From positions 177 through 64,176 of the forward strand of contig CANJSG010000003.1 in NCBI GenBank assembly GCA_947476875.1: a stretch of DNA of 64,000 nucleotides, written 5' to 3'. The DNA comes from Verrucomicrobiota bacterium (GTDB lineage Bacteria; Verrucomicrobiota; Verrucomicrobiia; Limisphaerales; CANJSG01). Below, in pieces: positions 57,041 through 64,000 of this stretch. The notes under the pieces are model-generated. The model saw only the letters and a program-made list of their open reading frames with translations, had not been told where the DNA came from and did no database searches. Every line of letters begins with the position of its first letter. Position 1 is the stretch's first letter. The translations under genes were made by a program, and so were the position numbers.

Positions 57041-58198
57041 GTGACCGCCGCCGAGAAGACCCGCCAGAGCTACGACCGCCGCCCGTATCCCGGCGAAGGA
57101 CTGCGCGCCCTGATCAAGCAGGGTGGAGCACTGCCGCCATTGGAATGGATGCTGGCCCTCGGCCGACCCGGCCAAAGCCAACCCCGCAGCGTGCTCGTCG
57201 CCGGATGCGGATTGGGAGTGGAAGCCTTCGTCCTGCGGAAGCAGCTTCCCGAAGCCGAGATCGTGGCCGTGGACTTCAGCGCCCGCTCCATCGCCGAAGC
57301 GAAACGCCTCCAACGCGCCGATGGCCGGGCCAAGCCCATCCGCTTCCTCGTCGCCGATCTGACTGATCCGGCGCTGGCGAAGAAAACCGGCGACGACTTC
57401 GACCTCATCACCTGCCACGGCGTCCTCAGCTACATCCAGGACACGGCGCAGGTGCTGGAAAACCTCGCCGCTAATCTCTCGCCCGACGGCGCCCTTTACC
57501 TCGGCGTCAACGGCGAGGTCCACACCTCGACGCGGCTGCGTCCATGGCTCGTGTCGTTCGGATGCGATGTCGATGAACTCTCCGACGAGAAACGCCTCCG
57601 GGAACTGCTGAAGCTCTGGGATTCCCAGCAAGATTCCGAAGCCCGACCGCTCGCGAGCATGCCCACCAGCTACCTGGCCGGCGACGTCTGCGGCCCGCAC
57701 TTCAACAACTGGTCCCTCGCCCAGTGGCGATCCGCCGCGGACAAAACCGGCCTTGAACTAGCCGCCACCTGGCTGCTGCCCATCGCCCTCCGCCTCGCCC
57801 TCGAAGACGACCGAAACACGCTCCTTCTTCCGTGGGAAGTAGGAGCGTTGGCCGAACGCCTCGACCAAGCGCGCCCCGCCGGCTTCCACAAACTGCTCTT
57901 TCGAAAAAGCCCCGGGACGGCTGAAGACGGACGCGGCTTGAAATGGACGGGGCTCTACCGAGTCCGGGTAGCGAACGGAAAATCGAAGGGAACAAGACGA
58001 GTGTTTTTGACGAGCCAGATTCTGGGCCTGAACGCGGAGTTCAAACTGCAGGCGACGCAGATCGAGCCGCTGCGGAGACTGGTAGGAACCCAGAAAGGGT
58101 CAGCGGCATGGAGTGACCTAAGTTGGCAAAACGACGAGGCCAGAAGAGTCCTGAGCCTTTGGGAAGGTCTCGGGGCGGTCGCCCGGTCTCGGAGCTGA
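57041..58198 (+). CDS. class I SAM-dependent methyltransferase with a C-terminal unknown domain
   Basis: Motif [25 protein letters not shown], and [14 protein letters not shown] start. Confidence 0.7.
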   Translation: MTAAEKTRQSYDRRPYPGEGLRALIKQGGALPPLEWMLALGRPGQSQPRSVLVAGCGLGVEAFVLRKQLPEAEIVAVDFSARSIAEAKRLQRADGRAKPIRFLVADLTDPALAKKTGDDFDLITCHGVLSYIQDTAQVLENLAANLSPDGALYLGVNGEVHTSTRLRPWLVSFGCDVDELSDEKRLRELLKLWDSQQDSEARPLASMPTSYLAGDVCGPHFNNWSLAQWRSAADKTGLELAATWLLPIALRLALEDDRNTLLLPWEVGALAERLDQARPAGFHKLLFRKSPGTAEDGRGLKWTGLYRVRVANGKSKGTRRVFLTSQILGLNAEFKLQATQIEPLRRLVGTQKGSAAWSDLSWQNDEARRVLSLWEGLGAVARSRS

Positions 58199-58242
58199 GT
58201 CCGCGCTTCCGCCGGGGGTTGTTCTGGCGCAAGGATTCTCCC

Positions 58243-59862
58243 ATGCCCTTCCGCCTTTCGTTCCTGATGCTGCTTGGTGCGCTATCCGTCGTCGCGGCCG
58301 ACAGGCGGCCGAACATCCTGTTTGTCTTCGCCGACGACTGGGGCCGTTACGCCAGCGCCTACCGGGCGGTGGATGGACCCGGGACGATGAACGACGTGGT
58401 CCGCACGCCGCACTTCGACCGGATCGCAAAGGAAGGAGTCCTGTTCCGTAACGCCCACGTGACCGCGCCTTCGTGCACGCCGTGTCGGAGTTCGTTGTTG
58501 TCGGGCCAATATTTCTGGCGGACCGGAAAGGGTGCCATCCTCCAGGGAGCCAGCTGGGACGCGTCGATCCCGAGTTATCCGCTGATGCTTCGCCAATCGG
58601 GCTACCACATCGGCAAGAGCTACAAGGTGTGGAGCCCCGGAACACCGGCCGACGCGCCCTACGGCACGAATGCCTTCAACTACGGCAAGTCCGGAGGGCG
58701 CTTCAACCAGTTCTCCCAAAACGTCACGAAGATGGTCGCCGCCGGAAAACCCGTCGAAGCCGCGAAGCAGGAGCTCTACGCGGAGGTCATGGGCAACTTC
58801 GAGTCGTTCCTCGGGGATCGAAAGGGCGGCGAGCCGTTCTGCTTCTGGTTTGGCCCAACCCATACGCACCGCAAATGGGAGAAGGGCTCCGGCAAGGCGC
58901 TCTGGGGCATCGAGCCGGAGGCGTTGAAGGGCAAGGTGCCCAAGTTCCTGCCCGACGTGCCCGAAGTGAGGGAAGACTTGGCCGATTACTTTGGCGAAGC
59001 CCAGGCGCTCGACGCGGCGCTGGGCCTGTTCCTGAAAAAACTGGAGGCCATCGGCGAACTGGAGAACACGGTCATCGTCGTGAGCGGCGACCACGGCGCG
59101 CCGGGTTTCACCCACGGGAAGTGCAATCTCTACGACTTCGGCACCGGCGTGGCGCTCGCCATCCGGGGCCCGGGAGTGAAGGGCGGACGTGTGGTGGATG
59201 ACTTTGTGAACCTCATGGATCTGGCTCCCACATTCCTCGAGCTCGGCGGTGTGAAACCGACCGAAGCCATGACCGGCCGCAGTCTGGTGGACCTCCTTGG
59301 TTCTACGAAGACGGGCTTGGTTGATCCCGCCCGGACCTGGGTGGTGACCGGACGCGAACGCCACGTTGCCGCCGCCCGCGAAGGCTTCGTTCCCTATCCG
59401 CAGCGGTCCATCCGGACGAAGGACCATCTCTACATCATCAACTTCGAACCCGCACGCTGGCCGATGGGCGATCCGATCAATCTCGATGGCCGGACCCCCG
59501 GCGTGGGCGAGCTCACCGAGAATACGATGGTGACTTTCATGGACATGGACTCGAGCCCGACCAAGGCGTGGCTCGTGACCCATCGCAACGAGCCGGAGTG
59601 GAGACGTTACTTCGACATGGCCTTCGCGCCGCGGCCCCGGGAGGAGCTCTACGTTTTCGCGGAGGATCGAGACCAGATCCGCAATGTGGCCGGTGATCCG
59701 AAGTATGCCGCGATCAAGGGCGAGTTGAACCGGCGTCTGATGGGAGAACTCCGCCGAACCGGTGATCCACGGGTAACCGGCGACGGCAAGACCTTCGAAA
59801 AGCCGCCCTTCACCGATCCGAACCCAGCCGCCCAGGCGAAGAAGGCCAAGAAGGCGAAGTAA
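58243..59862 (+). CDS. sulfatase (formylglycine-dependent arylsulfatase family)
   Basis: Signal peptide from the ATG at 58243. [11 protein letters not shown] and the [12 protein letters not shown] (CxPxR) motif. Confidence 0.85.
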   Translation: MPFRLSFLMLLGALSVVAADRRPNILFVFADDWGRYASAYRAVDGPGTMNDVVRTPHFDRIAKEGVLFRNAHVTAPSCTPCRSSLLSGQYFWRTGKGAILQGASWDASIPSYPLMLRQSGYHIGKSYKVWSPGTPADAPYGTNAFNYGKSGGRFNQFSQNVTKMVAAGKPVEAAKQELYAEVMGNFESFLGDRKGGEPFCFWFGPTHTHRKWEKGSGKALWGIEPEALKGKVPKFLPDVPEVREDLADYFGEAQALDAALGLFLKKLEAIGELENTVIVVSGDHGAPGFTHGKCNLYDFGTGVALAIRGPGVKGGRVVDDFVNLMDLAPTFLELGGVKPTEAMTGRSLVDLLGSTKTGLVDPARTWVVTGRERHVAAAREGFVPYPQRSIRTKDHLYIINFEPARWPMGDPINLDGRTPGVGELTENTMVTFMDMDSSPTKAWLVTHRNEPEWRRYFDMAFAPRPREELYVFAEDRDQIRNVAGDPKYAAIKGELNRRLMGELRRTGDPRVTGDGKTFEKPPFTDPNPAAQAKKAKKAK

Positions 59863-59874
59863 GAACCGGTTCAC

Positions 59875-61467
59875 CTAAGTTTTCTTGAGACCAAGCGCTT
59901 TGATCCGCGAGGCCAGCGTGGTGGGTCGCATCTTCAACGCTTCGGCGGCGCCTCCGGGTCCGAAGATCTTCCCGCCGCACTGGATCAAGGCGGCTTGAAT
60001 GCTTTCCCGCTCGCGGCGCTTCAGTTCGTCGCGCGTGAGCAAGGCGCCCGGATCGACCGGTCCGGGTGCATGGGTCGCGTGTCGGGCGTCGATGACGGAG
60101 GCGAGATCGAACTTCAGCGGGCCGCCTTGGGAAAGGATGACGGCGCGTTCGACGGAGTTCTGCAGCTCGCGGATGTTTCCCGGCCATGAATGGGCGGAAA
60201 GTTGATCGACGTGGCTCTTGGTAAGTTTGGGCACCGGGCGATTCATCTTGGCGGCGGTGTGCCGGACGAAGTGACCTGCAAGTTGACCGATGTCCTCCTT
60301 GCGCTCGCGCAACGGCGGCACGTCGATGGGGAAGACGCTCAGCCGGTAGAACAGGTCCTGGCGGAAGCGCCCGGCTTCGACCTCGTGCTTCAGCGTCCGG
60401 TTACTGGCGGCCACGATCCGGACGTTGATCTTGCGCGGCCGGGTTTCGCCGACGCGTTCCACTTCCTGCTCCTGGATCACGCGGAGCAGCTTGGCCTGCA
60501 TCGCGAGAGGAAGTTCGCCGATTTCGTCGAGGAAGAGCGTTCCACCATCGGCGAGTTCGAAGCGGCCGGGCTTGTCCTTCAACGCCCCCGTGAACGCGCC
60601 CCGGGCATGCCCGAAGAATTCGCTCTCGAAGAGATTCTCCGGGATGGCGCCGCAGTTGACCTTGATGAGCGGTCGGCCGCTGCGCGGGCTGCGTTCGTGG
60701 ATGGAACGCGCGACGAGTTCCTTGCCCGTGCCGCTTTCGCCGTGGATGAGGACGGCCGCATCGGTCGGAGCGACGAGCTCGATCTGTTGGAGCATTTTGC
60801 GGACGGCACTCCCCTGCCCGATGATGTCGCGGGAGCCGAGAGCGGCGGAGACTTCCTCGCGGAGATAGACGTTCTCCTCTTCCAGCCGGGCTTTGAGCGA
60901 CGCGATTTCCTCGAAGGCCCGAGCGTTGGCGATGCTGACGGCGGCGTGGTCGGCGAAGACGCGAAGCCACTCAAAGTCATCGTTGGTCAGGACACCCGTG
61001 TCGAAGATCGCGAGCACGCCCAAGGCTTCGCCGCGAAACATCAGTGGCTGGGCGGCGAAGGTCCGGATGCGTTCGGCCGCGATCCACTCCGGTTGGGCGA
61101 TCCATGGTTCGTCCCCACGCAGATCGGGCAGAAGCAGAGGTTCGCCCGACTTCGCCACGCGCCCGATCTTCCGGACTCCGAGCGGGAATCGGCAGAAAGC
61201 GCCGTCGGTCCGGGTGTAGTCGGTGGACGGATCGCTCGGATTGCCCGCGCTGGCGACCAGGTGGAGGCACTGCGTCTGGTCCGGACACTCCGGGCGCACG
61301 CGGCACCGCTCACAAATGTCCCCCGGATTCGTCAGCCAGATGCGGGCCAGGATGACGTTCTTGCATTGGGCTATCCCGGTGACCACGGCCCTGAGCAGAT
61401 CCGGCAGCGCGAGGTTCCGGGCCATTGAGACCATGACTAGGGGGAAGTCTGGACAGTGCATCGGCAA
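59875..61467 (-). CDS. sigma-54-dependent Fis-family transcriptional activator with an N-terminal GAF domain
   Basis: AAA+ motifs GESGTGKE, ESEFFGHARGAFTGA and RVGE. C-terminal Fis-type HTH. GAF-like N-terminus. The track start is TTG and the first ATG is at 61461. Confidence 0.88.
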   Translation of the reverse strand: MPMHCPDFPLVMVSMARNLALPDLLRAVVTGIAQCKNVILARIWLTNPGDICERCRVRPECPDQTQCLHLVASAGNPSDPSTDYTRTDGAFCRFPLGVRKIGRVAKSGEPLLLPDLRGDEPWIAQPEWIAAERIRTFAAQPLMFRGEALGVLAIFDTGVLTNDDFEWLRVFADHAAVSIANARAFEEIASLKARLEEENVYLREEVSAALGSRDIIGQGSAVRKMLQQIELVAPTDAAVLIHGESGTGKELVARSIHERSPRSGRPLIKVNCGAIPENLFESEFFGHARGAFTGALKDKPGRFELADGGTLFLDEIGELPLAMQAKLLRVIQEQEVERVGETRPRKINVRIVAASNRTLKHEVEAGRFRQDLFYRLSVFPIDVPPLRERKEDIGQLAGHFVRHTAAKMNRPVPKLTKSHVDQLSAHSWPGNIRELQNSVERAVILSQGGPLKFDLASVIDARHATHAPGPVDPGALLTRDELKRRERESIQAALIQCGGKIFGPGGAAEALKMRPTTLASRIKALGLKKT

Positions 61468-61493
61468 CCGCTACGAGAGTTCGTCAATGACCG

Positions 61494-61526
61494 CAACGAC
61501 TTTTCATAATTCACGAGAAGTCGTTG
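61494..61526. promoter_or_regulatory. perfect 9-bp inverted repeat, candidate activator binding site (UAS)
   Basis: CAACGACTT (61494..61502) - N15 - AAGTCGTTG (61518..61526). It lies about 70-100 bp upstream of the candidate -24/-12 element. Confidence 0.4.
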
Positions 61527-61593
61527 TGAGCGATTCAGGGGATAGTTTCTTAAAAAACCAATGATTGTTGGTTAACTGCCCGAAACAGGCCAT

Positions 61594-61609
61594 TGGCACG
61601 AGTCATGTG
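61594..61609 (+). promoter_or_regulatory. candidate sigma-54 (-24/-12) promoter
   Basis: TGGCACG-agtc-ATGTG compared with consensus TGGCACG-N4-TTGCW. The -24 element is perfect and the -12 element has two mismatches. It lies 56 nt upstream of the ATG at 61665 and divergent from the activator gene. Confidence 0.45.
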
Positions 61610-61664
61610 ACTAGGGGGTCGACGCTGCACAACGCAGCCGCAAATCAAAACGAAAGAACCGACC

Positions 61665-62246
61665 ATGAACCGCATCCCCCAACTCGATCCCGCCACAGCC
61701 TCCGGCAAAACCCAGCAGCTCTTCGACGGAGTTAAGGCCAAGCTTGGCATCGTCCCCAACCTCTTCCGAGTCCTCGGCAACTCCCCGGCGGCGCTGGACG
61801 CCTACCTAGGATTCAGCGGCGCCCTCGCCGGCGGAGTCCTGAACGGCCGGGTCCGCGAACAGATCGCCCTGACGGTCGCCGAGACCAACCTGTGCGGCTA
61901 CTGCCTCAGCGCCCATACGTTCATCGGCGGCAAGCTCGGATTGACCGAGAAGGACATCACCGATGCCCGCCACGCGACCGCTTCGTCCGACCAGACCGAT
62001 GCGATCCTCAAACTCGCCCGCAACATCGTCCTGCAGCGCGGCGAGATCGGCGACGCCGACCTCAAGGCGGCCCGGAGCGCCGGACTGAACGACGCGGAGA
62101 TCGTCGAAGTCGTCGCTAACGTGGCGATCAACCTCTTCACGAACTACGTGAACCACGTGGCCCGGACCGTTGTGGACTTTCCCGAAGTGAAGCCCGGCGA
62201 ACCCGCGGCCACCGCCTGCACGACCCACTGCGGCTGCGAGAGCTGA
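61665..62246 (+). CDS. carboxymuconolactone decarboxylase family protein (AhpD-like alkylhydroperoxidase)
   Basis: CxxC motif in NLCGYCLSAH and AhpD-like helical repeats. Confidence 0.8.
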   Translation: MNRIPQLDPATASGKTQQLFDGVKAKLGIVPNLFRVLGNSPAALDAYLGFSGALAGGVLNGRVREQIALTVAETNLCGYCLSAHTFIGGKLGLTEKDITDARHATASSDQTDAILKLARNIVLQRGEIGDADLKAARSAGLNDAEIVEVVANVAINLFTNYVNHVARTVVDFPEVKPGEPAATACTTHCGCES

Positions 62247-62258
62247 CCAGCACAAACC

Positions 62259-62708
62259 GTGATCGCTGCCATGAGCGCCCGTCCACCCCTGCCGCCGTTC
62301 ACCGAAGAAACCGCACGTCAGAAAATCCAGGCGGCGGAAGACGCCTGGAACACCCGCAACCCCGAGCGCGTCTCGCTCGCCTACACCGAGGACTCGGAGT
62401 GGCGCAACCGCTCGGACTTCCTGACCGGCCGGGCCGCGATCGTGGAGTTTCTGCGGCGCAAGTGGGCCCGTGAACTCGACTACCGCCTGCGCAAGGAACT
62501 CTGGGCCTTCACGGGAAACCGCATCGCCGTGCGCTTCGAGTATGAGTTCCACGACGCGTCCGGCCAGTGGTGGCGCGCTTATGGAAACGAGAACTGGGAG
62601 TTCGCCGCCAACGGCCTGATGCACCGCCGCTTCGCGAGCATCAACGACCTCGCCATCGCGGAGGCCGATCGCAAGTTCCGCTGGGAATGCCCGGCGCCTA
62701 CCGCCTGA
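62259..62708 (+). CDS. NTF2-like (SnoaL fold) protein, DUF1348-like
   Basis: [27 protein letters not shown]...[11 protein letters not shown] pattern typical of DUF1348. GTG start (or ATG at 62271). Confidence 0.7.
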   Translation: MIAAMSARPPLPPFTEETARQKIQAAEDAWNTRNPERVSLAYTEDSEWRNRSDFLTGRAAIVEFLRRKWARELDYRLRKELWAFTGNRIAVRFEYEFHDASGQWWRAYGNENWEFAANGLMHRRFASINDLAIAEADRKFRWECPAPTA

Positions 62709-62732
62709 AGACAACTTCAACCCACTACTCTC

Positions 62733-63332
62733 ATGGCCGGACGATATCTCGAAACCCTGTTCACTCCCGCCGTCCACAAGGCGCAGGAGCGCTACTTCGG
62801 GCGGGCGCAACAGATCCCGCCGCAGCCGGAACGTGATCCGTTCAGCGCCGAAGAGGTAGAATTCATCGCGCGTCGCGACAGCTTCTACCTGGCGACCGTG
62901 TCGGAGAATGGTTGGCCCTACCTGCAGCACCGCGGCGGGCGCCCGGGATTTCTCCACGTGGTCGATCCGGTGACGCTCGCCTTCGCCGACTACCGGGGAA
63001 ACCGGCAGATGCTCACCACCGGCAACCTCTCCGCCAACGATCGCGTGTCGCTGTTCCTCATGGATTACCCGCGACGCGAACGCCTCAAGATCCTTGGCCG
63101 TGCCCGGGTCGAAGATGCCAGGGAACACCCCGAACTCGTCGCCCGTTTTGCCGAGCCCGATGAGCAGCGCATCACCGAGAGGATCTTCTTCGTCGAGGTG
63201 GTGTCCTTCGATTGGAACTGCCCGAAATACATCACGCCCCGCTACACCGAGGACGAAGTCCGAGAAGCCGTGGCTCCGCTCAAAACCCGCATCGCCGAAC
63301 TCGAAGCCAAGCTGGCTTCGCCCAACCCCTGA
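62733..63332 (+). CDS. pyridoxamine 5'-phosphate oxidase-like FMN-binding protein
   Basis: FYLATVSENGWPYLQHRGG.PGF...ADYRGNRQ motif typical of PNPOx-related split-barrel proteins. Confidence 0.75.
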   Translation: MAGRYLETLFTPAVHKAQERYFGRAQQIPPQPERDPFSAEEVEFIARRDSFYLATVSENGWPYLQHRGGRPGFLHVVDPVTLAFADYRGNRQMLTTGNLSANDRVSLFLMDYPRRERLKILGRARVEDAREHPELVARFAEPDEQRITERIFFVEVVSFDWNCPKYITPRYTEDEVREAVAPLKTRIAELEAKLASPNP

Positions 63333-63359
63333 CCCTTCAACCAAAGAAAACCAGACCCC

Positions 63360-63812
63360 ATGAACAACATCCCCGCACCCGACCTGACCCAACGTCCGCC
63401 CCGCAGCCCGCGTGTCCGCCTCGGCGGATATGCCGTCTTACCCCGCGTTCTCGACAAGGCCCGCGCTTCACTCGTCGGCAAGGCGGGCGACTACAAATAC
63501 GGCAACCCGCTCGACCAGGCGTTCTTCGGATTCACGGGCCTCGCTCCGGCCGGACTCCTCGAACAAGTGAAGACCGGCGCGGGCGACTGGAATCTGCTCC
63601 TGTGGGTCAATGCCAACGCCAATCCCAAACGAGCGCCTCACGAGATCCGGGCCTGGTCTGCCTACATCGAGACGATGCCCATCGGCGATGCCGAGGATTT
63701 CGAGTGGTTCACCGAACAGGTCCAACGCCTCAACCCCGTGCGGACCGACCTTCACACCGTCGTCGACTACCTCGATGCCGACGACCACGTCTCCTTCGGC
63801 GGCCGCGCGTGA
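63360..63812 (+). CDS. DUF5069 domain-containing protein
   Basis: RSPRVRLGGYAVLPRVLDKARA...YKYGNPLD pattern as in DUF5069. Confidence 0.7.
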   Translation: MNNIPAPDLTQRPPRSPRVRLGGYAVLPRVLDKARASLVGKAGDYKYGNPLDQAFFGFTGLAPAGLLEQVKTGAGDWNLLLWVNANANPKRAPHEIRAWSAYIETMPIGDAEDFEWFTEQVQRLNPVRTDLHTVVDYLDADDHVSFGGRA

Positions 63813-63820
63813 TTCGATGG

Positions 63821-64000
63821 TCAGACGACCAGACACCCTAGCCGGTCCGCAGGCATGATCAGAGCGCGAGAACCGGACCGGAACTCGAGGAGCTCGGCCG
63901 CGATCCCGTCGCTGAAGAGCACGCCGTTCTCCGGCATCGGCGACGTCAGCGTCAGCGGCTGGTTGGTCGTGACCCGGCCAAAGACCAAGGTTAGCCCCCG
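63821..64000 (-). CDS. 3' end of an unidentified gene whose start is beyond the window
   Basis: The minus frame is open from the window edge to a TGA (complement of 63821..63823), 59 codons. GC3 is strongly biased. The fragment is below the ORF-track length cutoff. Confidence 0.35.
   Translation of the reverse strand, partial: RGLTLVFGRVTTNQPLTLTSPMPENGVLFSDGIAAELLEFRSGSRALIMPADRLGCLVV

Overview
High-GC (about 65 % by eye) bacterial chromosomal window, densely coding. Gene content suggests Verrucomicrobiota or Planctomycetota: a DUF1501 + PSCyt/DUF1549/DUF1553 pair, DUF1080, and many Tat- or signal-peptide proteins. All assignments come from reading the supplied ORF translations for motifs and from GC3 and context. 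No searches were run. I support about 60 protein genes. Housekeeping: era (partial), prmC, recF, xth, rnhA, ppk1, sdhC/A/B, a fumarase beta subunit, mutT, ugd, efp, dnaN and a NifS-like desulfurase. Others: a paired M16 peptidase, an ABC ATPase with a distant FtsX permease + AttH-like gene, a small carbohydrate-active block (DUF1080, NHL propeller, SGNH esterase, GH5), a U32 peptidase, a sulfatase, and a sigma-54 activator next to a four-gene operon. I found no rRNA, tRNA, CRISPR array, transposase or integrase. Points worth a second look: (1) an ORF6N/KilA-N-type DNA-binding gene plus a 62-codon ORF embedded in the sdhCAB operon, with an ATGA overlap and a start-codon hairpin; (2) a vapBC-like toxin-antitoxin pair flanked by 227-bp direct repeats (~97 % identical) that duplicate the 5' end and upstream region of the neighbouring gene; (3) a three-ORF, partly low-GC cassette wedged between the two M16 peptidase genes, including a nucleotidyltransferase-fold protein with a small overlapping upstream ORF; (4) a GH5 cellulase with an in-frame TGA exactly where a conserved Trp is expected, with 51 intact codons after it; (5) a periplasmic HCxxGxxR phosphatase-like domain fused to a C-terminal CxxCH cytochrome c'-like domain; (6) a DnaA-box cluster with an AT-rich tract upstream of dnaN, with no adjacent dnaA; (7) a GAF-sigma54 activator with a CxxCx5Cx6C motif, divergent from a candidate -24/-12 promoter driving AhpD-like/DUF1348/PNPOx-like/DUF5069 genes; (8) an ABC transporter operon apparently split by a 5.4-kb mosaic segment with gene remnants at its edges. 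Many long alternative-frame ORFs in the track are high-GC shadow ORFs and were not called.
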